A stretch of DNA of 64,000 nucleotides, from positions 124,001-188,000 of the IMG/VR virus record IMGVR_UViG_3300023083_000001, one strand, 5' to 3'. This document shows, in pieces, positions 26,640 through 38,000 of this stretch. How positions within the stretch are numbered: position 1 is the stretch's first letter; every line of letters begins with the position of its first letter. The position numbers and the translations under genes are program-made. The notes below the pieces were generated by a model, which did no database searches, was not told where the DNA came from, and was given only the letters and a program-made list of their open reading frames with translations.

Positions 26640-29600
26640 TTACGTTACAGCATTTGTCCGACGAGTATCCATCGGTTGACGTTGCATTGGCTCTGGAGTA
26701 TTAGCAGCCACCAACGGTTTAGCCGCTGGACTGTTCTGCAACGCTTGCAGCTGGTTACGGAGCATCTGACGCAATGTTTCATCCATGGACATTGAGACTT
26801 CCAGATGTTTCTGCAAGATCGGCGTGATGGTGTCAAAGGTGTTAGCCTGTTGAGCCACTTGCGTGTTCTGTGCAACCGTTGCCATGTTTCGGGTAGGACT
26901 AGGCGCTGGTACAGCGGCGCCTGCGATGCTGGTAGGGATGACAGGTTCATTGCCAGTTGTCGTTGTTTCACTGACTGGCATTGTAGCACCCACTGAAGGC
27001 GGCGCTCCTGTTGGCGTACCCGATGCACCGCCGTTAGCTGCCGCGGCAACTTCCATTGGTGTAGGTGGTGTCTGAGCAACGGCTTGACTCACGGTAACTG
27101 GACCGCTGCCGTCGTCGACAACTTGCGCACCACCTTCAGGTGTTTCCAGAGCGCCTCCCGGCGTAGGGTTAGCTGGAGCCGTATCGGTAGGCGTTGGACC
27201 TGCTGGCACATCGGTAGCAGCAACGGTAGCAGCAACTGGGGACAGAGGACCGCCTACAGTTTTGCGCACGTCGTTCATCCGACGATCCATTTCACCCAAC
27301 ACTTCACCAACGCTACGAGGTCCAGTTTTACCAATGAACACCGAGGCGTTATTCTTCACCACATCGTTAGCCATCCCGGCTTGACCGTTACCTACCACAG
27401 TGTGAGCTGGAACATTCTTCGGCGCTGACAAGAATCGTTTCGCACCACCCAGTCCCAAGAAGTGAGCCATGTACAAGTCAAGGTCGGAAACGCTGCCACC
27501 TAGAGTTTTGGACAGACCCTCGTAGTTCTCCTTCAGGTAGCACGCACCGAGAATGGCGTTAGCACGTGGATCTGTAGGAGGTGTATTTGGGTCGATGCCG
27601 TAGGTCGCTCCATATTTCTTTATCATCGACCTCCAAGTACTGCCGATGAATTGGAACAAACCGTTAGCAATACCACTCGAGGCTTTAGGGTCCCAGCGTG
27701 ATTCAATACCAGCCACGTTACCAGCGATCACCGGATCGAAACCGACCATCTTCGCTGCCGCCTGAATCAACGGACCCATGGCACCCCAACCCTTACCGCT
27801 CGCATCCGGTAACGAGTTAATGTCACCACCCGTACCGCCGCCAGGATGTTCCACCTTGGTGCCTTTAGGACCTACCATCAGCAGGGACCCATCAGCTACA
27901 CCTTTGGAGGTTTCACCTGGAGCACCGCCTGCTACTTGCTTACCACTGTAGATCTTCCCGTAGTTTGCAAGCGTAGGACCTGTCTGACCCACACCTGGAC
28001 TGACCGACGATGAACGCTGGTTACCCAGCGCCGTGTTGGTCAACGTAGTGCCGTAACTGGCTTCAGCCCCGGCGATACGTTTAGCAGTTGCCAACCCTTG
28101 GACATTCATGACCTTGTTTTCGTCTTGCTGATCCAATACGTCTAGATAAGCTTTGACCGATCCTGGAAGTGTCTCCAGTTCGAAACCAGGCCAAGGGGAG
28201 TTGGTGATCGTCCACACGCTGGTTTGACCCATCATGGTGTCAGCCATTGTCCGTGTTACTTCATCGAGCACTTCATGCATCAAAGTACCGGTGAGGTTAC
28301 GCGCACCGTCCCGTGCATCGCCATTGTAACGGCGGCGTACCGAGATAGCGTATTGCAACATGACTGGAATGAAACGATAGTTCAACCAACGCAGCATGTC
28401 AGCTTTCTGATTCTCATCGGCCGGCCGGAAGATGTCGGATACTTTCTGTTCCAGAGCAACCGAGTCACCACCCATGACGGCTTTAGAAGTACCGCTGTAC
28501 TGGATAGTACCCCAATACACTTCTTCAACCTTCTGGAGCTGTTGACATTTGCTCAGGTTCATTTCCTTCAAACCGTACGTCTTGTAACGTACCGCTGTCG
28601 GGATATCCAAAGACTTCAGCTGAGACACCGCTGGAGCCACACCACCGTACACTGCTCCTGGAATCGAACTCGCTGCTGCCGCGGCAACTTCCAGACCTTT
28701 AGCAATTTCAGCTGCGCTACCTGTTCCATCTCGTGAAACACCTACAGTAGCGTTACGTGCAGCAACTTCGACACTACCTGCTGCTACCGCACCTGCAACG
28801 TTGGCAATCTCATCTGTCTGTTTGTCTTCACGGCGACTACGAACCATCTTGACCGCATCAGCTACATCGTCAGCATCTGTGTCCAGTGAGGAGTCGAATG
28901 GCGACGTGCTGGTGTCGTTGTAGATGTCCTGCATGTTACCCAGGTCAACCACGTTCAAGAATGAATCCAGATCCCCGTTACCAATCCCTTGGTCAGCAGA
29001 TGATAGTTCGGCCGTCTGACGGATACGTTGCATCGCGGTACAGTGAGCCAGGAACACAGGACGGAATCGGCTAGACATCCACCGGAACATACTTTCCTGC
29101 TGATCAGGGTCACTGATACTGAACACTTTCAATACTGCTTGGATGTCGATCTTCGAAGGATCCAACTGAGCCGTCCCGTCTCGGCCAATATCAACACCAG
29201 AGCGACAGAGGGATTCCAGTTGAATAATCTTCTCGACGCGTTCCTGATTGGTAGGTGCTACACCGTACTGCGTCATCCGCAGATAGAGCAGAGGGAATTT
29301 CTTCGCTTGAGAGGACTTGTAATACCGATAACCGAGGTAACCGATACCCGCCACCGCCGCTGCACCCAAGATCAATGGAAGACCCAGCGCACTGACGACC
29401 GCTGTACCAGCAGTTGCCAAGCCCGAACCAATCGCCGCAGCACCTGACCATAGTGCACCACCTACAAGAGGCGCTGCATAACCGATACCACGACCTATCG
29501 CACCCACACCTGGAATCTTACCGAGCTTCTTACCAATCCAGCTACCCGCACGTGCCAAGCGGCCTTTTGGTTTGATACCTGGCTTACGACCTTTACGACC

Positions 29601-32600
29601 ACGCTTCTCACCACGAATCTCCGAGAGGTCAGCTGCATCTTCCAGCAGGCTAGATTCCCCAGCTTCTTCAGTGGCTTCGACTAAGTCGTCCAGTTTGTGA
29701 TCGAGATTCTTGTTCAGTTTCTCGATGGCTTCGATGATGTCGGCATTGTCACTGGCTGCTGCGCTGTCTTTACCCTCAGCCGCTTCTTTACGACGTTTGA
29801 GGATATCTTGCCATGACCAATCGCGAGAACCATCCCCGTCCACGTCACCATGGACCCCTTCCTTATCCCACTTGTTTCTCAGGAAGCTCAGGATCGATTG
29901 CTGGGTTTTCAACTGCTCGCCTTGAATCTCTACGGCAGCGATTGCCAGTTCATCATCCAGCATTCCAACAGCTGCACCTCGGCCACGACCTTTATTGAAG
30001 AGGCTGCCGATACCACTGCCGATTGCTTTCGCACCTTTCCACAGCCCTTTATAGAAACCGAGAGCAAGCTTCCCGTAAGCCTTAGCACCTTTGAGGGCAA
30101 GCTTACCAATACCAACACCAAGGTTGATGCCAGCACGGCCCACCGTGAAGAGCACAGAACCGTTACGGGTGTAGAAGGACTTGTACTTATCAATCTCTTC
30201 CTGACTGACAATCTCACGAAGCTCTTTGTCACCCGGTTCCATCATGTAGACTGGACCTTTGATGTCTTTGAGGGACATGATCGGCGCGCCGTCTTTATCC
30301 CGGTACACGCCTTTCTTCATCAAGACAGAACGGATACGTGGTTCTTCATCACCAGGTAGATACGCATCGAACTGAGCAAATTGGTCAACGAGTGTTTGTG
30401 CGCCCCATTTAGCAGCTTTCCACATCAACCCGTAAGTACCACCAACGTAAGCCTTTACACCACGAGCAGCCAGGCCGGTCAGCGCAGCACCTTTACGCAG
30501 ACCCCATCCAGCCAGAGATTCACCCTTGCCGTTATAGAGACCTTTGTCGAAGTCTTCCTGCGTCAGTACGAGTTCGTCAGAATCGACGTTCTGCACCGGA
30601 CCGGTAATATCCTTGATCGATTCGATGACCTTCTTGCTGTTGACGTCAAAGTACTTACCCTTGCGGATATCTCTGGCTGTCATGACAGGTTCTGGATCAC
30701 CCAACAGATGGACATCTGAAACGCCCAAGCCGTTGATGCTACCGAATGGAAGCTTGGCTGCACCTAATGCTGCACGTGTTCCCAGACCCAGGCCTTTGCC
30801 GATCATGCCGTAAGTAAAGCCGAAGTATTTACCCAGCCCGCGAGCAGTGCCAGTGATTGCCCCACCGATAACCTTCCTTGCAGAAGGACGACGTTGCCAC
30901 CAGCGCTTACCACCGGCTTCAGCAGGCGCTTCGTCAGGTGTGGATGGACTCGCATCAGGTGTAGCTGCCGCGGCAGCCTCAGGACCATCCAGAGACGCTT
31001 CGAGGATGTACTCAAGCCACTGATTGGATTGCTGACTGAGCGACAGCATGTTATCCAACCGAAGATGTGTCTCAACATCAGACGTCATCAGCAGATCAGG
31101 CCATTCCACAGAGGCTTGTACTTGCACCGACTGAGGGACGACTGGCGCTGTGCCGATTGGGCTCGGTCTAGGTTTTATTGGACGGTTGTCAACAACTGGA
31201 ACACCCTGCTGTGGTTTGCCGGTGGCTTGTTGTTCACGTTCTTTCTGTAAACGTTTGCGCTCGTACTCAGCTTTCTGCTTGACGCGTTCCTGAATGCTGC
31301 CTGTGTAAACAGGTTTGTCTTCAGGTTTGTTGGTGAGGTCTTTCTCTTCACCTTCATTAACGATCAAGTCGTTAAGCGCGTCCATGTCGATGACGTCGTT
31401 GTAATCGCCGTTGTGTCTGGACAAGCCCAGTTCACGCCAGCTGCGACGACCCACCACGTTTTGCAGAACATCCATCCGACCACCAAAGTCAGGCAGACGT
31501 TCGGACAACTCAAGAAACTTACTGCGTGTCGATGCGGTAAGGTCTTGGGTCTTCTGAGAATTGTCGATCTGATTACCACCTGGATCCAGACCAAACGTAT
31601 CGGCGAAGAAGTCAATCAACTCCTCAGCAATTTCCTCAGGTACGGTGTTCCAGGTGTTGACCTTGACGTAACGCTCCGGTTTGAAGTCGTTAGCCGCAGT
31701 CATGTCTTTCATCAACTGACGACGCAAAGCACGTTTAGCTTCAACCGACAGATCGTTAGCGTTCATCTCACGCAGGATGCTATCGACCTCGGAACGAATC
31801 CCTTGACCGTTGTTATCCTTGAGCGCTAGGCGCACGTGTGACTTGTTCAGCTCGCTACGATTGACCAAGCTGTTACTGTAGTGGCTGTAGGCTTGTTCTT
31901 CTTGGTCCTCACCCGTTGCCAGGATACCCAGCTTCCTGTCCATGCTTGCCAAGAAGCTTGGAATGACATCCGTAACGGCACGGTGAAACATGTTGTCAAA
32001 GATAGCTGGCTGATCCAGCGAGTCAAGTTTCGCACCCTGGACGCTGGACGTAGGGGAGTGGCGGTCGAGCAATGCCTTGATCGCTTCTTCGCCAAGACCC
32101 AACAGACCTTCACGAGTAGTGTCGCTTTTGGCGTACTCGTTCAGACGTTGTGGGATACCGGTGAGGTTCTTACGCAGCCAGTTGCCCCCGGCCTGCACAC
32201 CTGGGATCTGTTCGATGTACGGAGCCGCTTTATCAGCCAACGTACCGCCAAGCAGTTCAAGACCACTGGAAGCTGCATCACCAATTAGCCCACCTGCCAT
32301 GGTACCAAACATCTGGGCACGGGTTTGGCCGAACTGTTCACCTTGACCCAGTTGTTGATGGACTTCTATTGCGCCGCTGAGCAGATCCCCTGCATTCTTC
32401 TTGATGCCGTTGAAGTAGTTGGAGGTGAAGTTACCCGCCGAACGCATCGCACCCGCAGCCAGTCGCTGTTGCAACTGTTGCTTGAGCACTTCAGTGGAGC
32501 GCATCTTGACGAAGTCAGGAAGCCCGGTGTTCTTCTGAATACCATCCAGATACGTCTTGGACAGGGAGAAGAACTCCTGCTGCGCTTTGAGCGTACGGAT

Positions 32601-33272
32601 CGAGACGTCGAGGTGACGGTACTTCAGCTCCAGCGATTTACGCTGGTAGTTGATAGTGACAGAATCCTGATACCCGACCAGACGGCCAATACCACGACCC
32701 ATGGTGGTGAGTACATCCATCTCGCTGGCGAAACGTTTGTTTTCACGGGTATCTTTGACGGCGTCACGGAATTCGCTTTTGACTTTGTCGTTAGCTTGTT
32801 GGGCAAACAACTTGTCCAAGCCAGCAATGTTGCTGGTCAGTTCGTCAGGCTGGCTATCACCTGACCCGGTGCTGTGATCATTCTCAGCCGCTTCTAATGC
32901 ATCGCGTACACTTTTAGGAAGAGCACGCTTTACCGCTGGACTCATCTGCGCGAACTTGACGTTCATGGAACGCAGGTATGGCTGAAGATCGGTAGCCTTA
33001 TCTTTCAGGATATCGCCAGCGGCATTGTCCAGCGCATCGTATGCGTTGAAAGCCTGGCTGTAGCCTTTAGGCAATGCCATTGCAAGCATACGGCGCAATA
33101 GGCCCTTATCCAGCATACGGTCTTTAACCGTACTGATCGCACTTTTCGCAGCCGCTTCTATCGGCGACCGATTGTCGCTACTGGGTGCAAAGGGATCACT
33201 AAAGTCGAGATCGTCGAAGTTCAGATCGTCAAGATCATCCGTCCCAAGATCGACATTATCCTTATTAGCCAT
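26640..33272 (-). CDS. Tail-associated lytic transglycosylase / tape-measure-like protein (phiKZ gp181-like)
   Basis: About 2210 aa; SLT motifs IESRWDPKA..GLFQFIGSTW..YMAHFLG near the C-terminus; Gly/Ala transmembrane stretch; start probably 33272. Confidence 0.9.
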   Translation of the reverse strand: MANKDNVDLGTDDLDDLNFDDLDFSDPFAPSSDNRSPIEAAAKSAISTVKDRMLDKGLLRRMLAMALPKGYSQAFNAYDALDNAAGDILKDKATDLQPYLRSMNVKFAQMSPAVKRALPKSVRDALEAAENDHSTGSGDSQPDELTSNIAGLDKLFAQQANDKVKSEFRDAVKDTRENKRFASEMDVLTTMGRGIGRLVGYQDSVTINYQRKSLELKYRHLDVSIRTLKAQQEFFSLSKTYLDGIQKNTGLPDFVKMRSTEVLKQQLQQRLAAGAMRSAGNFTSNYFNGIKKNAGDLLSGAIEVHQQLGQGEQFGQTRAQMFGTMAGGLIGDAASSGLELLGGTLADKAAPYIEQIPGVQAGGNWLRKNLTGIPQRLNEYAKSDTTREGLLGLGEEAIKALLDRHSPTSSVQGAKLDSLDQPAIFDNMFHRAVTDVIPSFLASMDRKLGILATGEDQEEQAYSHYSNSLVNRSELNKSHVRLALKDNNGQGIRSEVDSILREMNANDLSVEAKRALRRQLMKDMTAANDFKPERYVKVNTWNTVPEEIAEELIDFFADTFGLDPGGNQIDNSQKTQDLTASTRSKFLELSERLPDFGGRMDVLQNVVGRRSWRELGLSRHNGDYNDVIDMDALNDLIVNEGEEKDLTNKPEDKPVYTGSIQERVKQKAEYERKRLQKEREQQATGKPQQGVPVVDNRPIKPRPSPIGTAPVVPQSVQVQASVEWPDLLMTSDVETHLRLDNMLSLSQQSNQWLEYILEASLDGPEAAAAATPDASPSTPDEAPAEAGGKRWWQRRPSARKVIGGAITGTARGLGKYFGFTYGMIGKGLGLGTRAALGAAKLPFGSINGLGVSDVHLLGDPEPVMTARDIRKGKYFDVNSKKVIESIKDITGPVQNVDSDELVLTQEDFDKGLYNGKGESLAGWGLRKGAALTGLAARGVKAYVGGTYGLMWKAAKWGAQTLVDQFAQFDAYLPGDEEPRIRSVLMKKGVYRDKDGAPIMSLKDIKGPVYMMEPGDKELREIVSQEEIDKYKSFYTRNGSVLFTVGRAGINLGVGIGKLALKGAKAYGKLALGFYKGLWKGAKAIGSGIGSLFNKGRGRGAAVGMLDDELAIAAVEIQGEQLKTQQSILSFLRNKWDKEGVHGDVDGDGSRDWSWQDILKRRKEAAEGKDSAAASDNADIIEAIEKLNKNLDHKLDDLVEATEEAGESSLLEDAADLSEIRGEKRGRKGRKPGIKPKGRLARAGSWIGKKLGKIPGVGAIGRGIGYAAPLVGGALWSGAAAIGSGLATAGTAVVSALGLPLILGAAAVAGIGYLGYRYYKSSQAKKFPLLYLRMTQYGVAPTNQERVEKIIQLESLCRSGVDIGRDGTAQLDPSKIDIQAVLKVFSISDPDQQESMFRWMSSRFRPVFLAHCTAMQRIRQTAELSSADQGIGNGDLDSFLNVVDLGNMQDIYNDTSTSPFDSSLDTDADDVADAVKMVRSRREDKQTDEIANVAGAVAAGSVEVAARNATVGVSRDGTGSAAEIAKGLEVAAAAASSIPGAVYGGVAPAVSQLKSLDIPTAVRYKTYGLKEMNLSKCQQLQKVEEVYWGTIQYSGTSKAVMGGDSVALEQKVSDIFRPADENQKADMLRWLNYRFIPVMLQYAISVRRRYNGDARDGARNLTGTLMHEVLDEVTRTMADTMMGQTSVWTITNSPWPGFELETLPGSVKAYLDVLDQQDENKVMNVQGLATAKRIAGAEASYGTTLTNTALGNQRSSSVSPGVGQTGPTLANYGKIYSGKQVAGGAPGETSKGVADGSLLMVGPKGTKVEHPGGGTGGDINSLPDASGKGWGAMGPLIQAAAKMVGFDPVIAGNVAGIESRWDPKASSGIANGLFQFIGSTWRSMIKKYGATYGIDPNTPPTDPRANAILGACYLKENYEGLSKTLGGSVSDLDLYMAHFLGLGGAKRFLSAPKNVPAHTVVGNGQAGMANDVVKNNASVFIGKTGPRSVGEVLGEMDRRMNDVRKTVGGPLSPVAATVAATDVPAGPTPTDTAPANPTPGGALETPEGGAQVVDDGSGPVTVSQAVAQTPPTPMEVAAAANGGASGTPTGAPPSVGATMPVSETTTTGNEPVIPTSIAGAAVPAPSPTRNMATVAQNTQVAQQANTFDTITPILQKHLEVSMSMDETLRQMLRNQLQALQNSPAAKPLVAANTPEPMQRQPMDTRRTNAVT

Positions 33273-33326
33273 AATGCGTCTCTCTTTATGGGGTGACACT
33301 GTTCATACAACTTGGAGGGAAGCGTC

Positions 33327-35006
33327 TTGAAAACTGACATGCTGCCTGCTATACTTTGGATTCTGCATGCGAGTGACGATGACCTTAAACACATCGCAAC
33401 CATTACTCGCCTCGATATCTTCGAAGGTGCGACGACTGACTTTCACGATGACGGTTTGTTCTCGACTCGAATCTTTGGCGTCATTGGCTCTGATAGCCGT
33501 GATCAGGTATACGGTAAGATCAATCTGGGTGTCGAGATTCTCCATCCAAAGATCTACCGCGACCTGACGTCTTTGCGTGAGCTGTACAAACACATTCTCG
33601 ACGGTACCGCCATGGCCAAGTTTGATTCGGCCATTGGTGACTTCTACCCTAGTACCGATGAAGATGCGCAGACTGGTTATTCGTTCTTCATGACCAACCT
33701 GCCAAAGCTTGTGCTTAAACGCAACAAGTCTCCAGCACGTAATGAACGTATCAACTTCATCGAGCGGTGGCGTCACCGCATGACCATGAAGAATGCGATC
33801 GTGATGCCAGCCGGTTTGCGTGACATCGAAGTCGATGATACTGGACGTCCTACGAAGAACGAGATCAACGATCTCTACTTCAAGCTGTTGGCTATCAGTA
33901 AGAACGTTGTTGTGTCCAAAGACATGAACTCACCGGCTTACGATCAGATCCGTCGTTCTCTGACGGCGACGATGTACGAGATCTACAAGTACATCGAACG
34001 GATCATTGGCGGTAAGGACGGCTTCCTGAAAGACAACTGGGCTAGCCGCCGGGTGCGTGAAGGTACACGTAACGTACTGACCTCGATGAACACCTCCGGT
34101 AGTAACCTGGATGCGCCTAACGTACCTGGTTTTGATTGCACCACCTTGGGTGTGTATCAGGCAGCGACGTCATTGGCGCCATTGGTTATCCACTGGCTGC
34201 GGCGCGGCTTCCTTGAGAAGATCATGACAGCGGGTGAAGGTGACATCCCTCTGGTCAACACCAAGACCTTGAAACCTCACTGGGTTAGCCTAACACCTTA
34301 CGAGCGAGATCGCTGGTCGACTGAGGATGGTCTGCGAGATGTGATCAATACCTTGGTGGATGTGGAAGCACGTCATCGACCTGTGATCATCGGCGGTTGC
34401 TACCTGGCGTTGGTGTATAACGGTAAAGGTACATTCCGGGTCTTTGATGACATCGAGGATCTGCCAAGCAACCTGAGCGCTACCGACGTTCATCCGTTGA
34501 CGCTGATGGAGCTGATCTACCTGTGTGGCTACTCGAAGTGGAGCAAGTACTTCACTGACGTTGTGCGGTATCCGATCACGGGCGATGACTCCACCTACCC
34601 TTCTCGCATTTACGTCAAGTCGACTTCGGTCGGTGAGATCCGGCGTGAGTTGGACAGCAACTGGCTGGAACTGCCTGGCGATGAGTTCCTCGTTACCGAA
34701 TACCCGAAACAAGGTCTGACCACCTACCATGAGTCCGAGTCTCCTCACCCGTCTCGCTTGAACGGTCTGGGTGCTGACTTTGACGGTGACACCGGTAGTG
34801 CTACATCGATCATGGTCAATGATTCTCTGCGTGAAACTGAAGCGTACCTGAAGACTCGTGTGGCCTGGATCACTCCTTCTGGCCGGATGCGCGCAAGCGT
34901 TGTCTACGATACTTCTGAATTAGTTGTTCGTAACTTGACTGGGCGATTCAATCACGTCGTCCAGGCGAAGGACATCATGAAACAAGTTGGCGTTACTCAG
35001 GCGTAA
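33327..35006 (+). CDS. Virion RNA polymerase beta' subunit (phiKZ gp180-like)
   Basis: DGLFS.RIFG, catalytic GADFDGD, RYP; TTG start at 33327 behind GGAGGG. Confidence 0.92.
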   Translation: MKTDMLPAILWILHASDDDLKHIATITRLDIFEGATTDFHDDGLFSTRIFGVIGSDSRDQVYGKINLGVEILHPKIYRDLTSLRELYKHILDGTAMAKFDSAIGDFYPSTDEDAQTGYSFFMTNLPKLVLKRNKSPARNERINFIERWRHRMTMKNAIVMPAGLRDIEVDDTGRPTKNEINDLYFKLLAISKNVVVSKDMNSPAYDQIRRSLTATMYEIYKYIERIIGGKDGFLKDNWASRRVREGTRNVLTSMNTSGSNLDAPNVPGFDCTTLGVYQAATSLAPLVIHWLRRGFLEKIMTAGEGDIPLVNTKTLKPHWVSLTPYERDRWSTEDGLRDVINTLVDVEARHRPVIIGGCYLALVYNGKGTFRVFDDIEDLPSNLSATDVHPLTLMELIYLCGYSKWSKYFTDVVRYPITGDDSTYPSRIYVKSTSVGEIRRELDSNWLELPGDEFLVTEYPKQGLTTYHESESPHPSRLNGLGADFDGDTGSATSIMVNDSLRETEAYLKTRVAWITPSGRMRASVVYDTSELVVRNLTGRFNHVVQAKDIMKQVGVTQA

Positions 35007-35033
35007 GTCTGAGTAGACGTCAGGAGCAAGCAC

Positions 35034-38000
35034 ATGGCCGAATTGTTACCCATTGAGAGTTATAATCGGCGCTTCAGTCTGTTTAAAACCAGCCAACTGG
35101 ATGCGCCGGTGGTTTATCCGATTGCACGGATCAGCCTGCCCAAACTCTCTGCTCTGCATTTCGTGACATTGGATGGCGTGACTGTAGGTCCTCAGTCCTC
35201 TGATCCTCTGATGCGATCGATCCCTGGTGTGGTGTACGTCGACCACTTGACAACGTACCACTCACCGATCGGTAACCCGATCAAAGCTTTCACCAGTCCA
35301 GATGCATTGATCAACAACTATCGTCGTGTCAACCGTGCCTTCAGACCTCTGCGTAACTTGGATCGTCTGGAAACTGACACACGGTCGTTGGTGATCTTCA
35401 ACTACTCGATCCTGGCGCATGTTGTTAAATACGCCTTGAGCTTTCGGGCCAGTTACTTTGCCTGGTACAACGTTTATAAGGAAGTGGTCACCAACGTCAA
35501 TCGGATTGCTGAAATCAGCAACCGTAATCAGTTTATCGAGATCAACCTGCCTGACCGCATTCCTTCGCTCAGTGATCTGCGCGAATACGCGGTGCGGCAA
35601 ACCAGCGACACGTTGGGCAAGTTCCGTTCTCCTGAGTTGAAGACGTTTGCTGATCTGTTCATGTGGGCAGGTAAAACACGCAACGCCAGTCTGCTGGGTA
35701 AGATCGATCCTAAACACTACAGCAAGGTCAACTTGCTGGTTCGTCGTTTGAATGGTTGGGTCGTGATCAATCTGGGTTGGCTGGATCAGTTCCGCAAAGG
35801 TGATGAAGTCAGTCTGGAGTCCAAGCTTGAGTCTGCGGTCGATATCACTAAGTCCCTGGAAACCCTGGGTTTTGAATCGGTCGACTATTCGGTTGAAGCG
35901 GTTAACATGGCGCCACAGTTGTTTCAGCTGCGTATGCTGAAAATGCTGACGGTCATTCATCAGGCCACCAGTCCAATTGCGACACAGACTGCGGCTAACG
36001 TCATTGACGAACCTCTGGTTGAGAACAACCTGGATGATGACGAGAAGATCGACGCACTAGATCTCTCATTCCAAGATGAACCTTACGTTCCTGAAAGTGA
36101 TGAGTTGGGGGATGATGAACTCAGCTTGGCGGCTCTTGAGAAAGAGTTGGAAGAACTGGACCACATCAAGGAACTGAGTCAGGGCGTTGAATCAATTGAC
36201 GATGACGATAACGTAGTCGATGCCAAGTCTGTCGACGTGGACATGTTCAGCCAGAATGGTGGGATTGTTGCGAAGGAAGGCGAAGCACTGATCCGTAAGG
36301 CTGATGAGCTGGCTGCCCAAGGATTGTTGACGCCGGCTGAATGGCGGCGTCTGATGCGTGTGTCGGAAGTCTTTGAGAACCTCCCTAACCCTTACGGCGG
36401 TGGTGAGACAATCAAGGAAGGCATGGTTACCAGTCAAGAGGATATCCTGATCAAACCTGAGGTCTTAACGACCGATGCGGTGGTGACGGACAAGTCTCTG
36501 GCCAGTAGCCGTGTTGACATCATGGAACGTCAGTACATCGACAAGGTCCTCAAGAAAGACATCCTGCGCTGCGTGACGTCCATGCAGAAAGCGGCGGTGG
36601 CGATCACGGGTTACTCGATTGACCGTTTCACGGATTTGACCAACGACAAAGAAACCCACACTGTCCGGTTCACTCCGGTGGTCGGTGTCCCATCTACCAT
36701 CAAGTTCGACATTCCGGTTCTAAAGCCTGACGGTACGTTCCTGTACAACGGCACCAACTACCGCATGCGTAAGCAACGGTCGGACTTGCCAATCCGTAAG
36801 GTCTCTCCAACACGGGTTGCTTTGTCAAGCTACTACTCGAAGGTCTTTGTCGAAAGGTCTGAGCGTAAGACATTCAACTATGGCAAATGGCTGATCGATC
36901 GTTTGATCATCAAATGCCAGGACCGTGAAGATCCGTACGTCTCTGACGCTGTGGTTCGTCGCGCGGTCGATCGCAAGGCCGATGTCCCGTTGATGTACTC
37001 GACCATCGCTGAGCGGATTGCATCCTTTAAGGTTGGTGGTTTGCAGCTGTGGTTTGATTACCGTCAGCGTGTCGAGAAGTTTGATTACACCAAAGAAGAA
37101 CGTGCGTTCGAGAAGAAGGGTTGGGTACTGTGTGGTCGTGAGACTTCAGGTCAAGCGCTGATCATGGACCCAAGCGGTATGATCTATCGGATCATCCCTG
37201 ACGCTCAAGGTGGTACGGCTCACGAACTCGATACGATTGAATCGCTGACCGGCTTGGATACAGCGGACACACCAACCTACATGGCGGAGATGAAGATCTA
37301 CTCCAAAGCTATTCCGGTGGGTGTGGGTCTGGCTTACCTGTTGGGCTTGAGCGGCTTGATAGAATTGGTGGGTGTGCAGCCACGTCGTGTTCCTGTGGGT
37401 GAACGTCTGAACACTCAGGCGGATGAGTTTGCAATACGCTTTAAGAACGAATCGTTGTTGTTCAAACGCAGTGACATGAAAGCCATGATGTTGTTCAGTG
37501 GCTTTAACCTGTACCACGCTCTGGTCCGTACCTACGACGTCGATCTGTTTGATCAGAAAGATGTTTACAGTGCAATCTTTGACCGGGCAGGTGTGGGTAG
37601 TCGTTACCTGCGTGAGATCGACTCGCTCAACACGTTGTTCGTCGACCCTATCACGGAAGATCTATTGAAGTGGATGAAGGAACCTACCACTTACGTCGGC
37701 CTGTTGGTTCGTTCTGTGGAAATGCTGGTCAACGATACGGTCAAGGCCCGTCGGGTAGATCGTGATGGTCTGGTAGAAAGTCTGGAACGTGTACGTGGTT
37801 ACGAACGTGTTGCTGGTGTGGTGTATGAAACGTTGTCTAAGGCTGTGCGTTTGTATAACGCTCGGGCCAGTACCGGTAAGTCTTCGGTGCAGGTCAATCC
37901 AAACGACACGATGAACACCATCATCCAGGATCCAACCACTTCACCTGTCAACAACATCAACCCTATCCACGCCTTGCGTGAACGGGAAGTGATCACCTTC

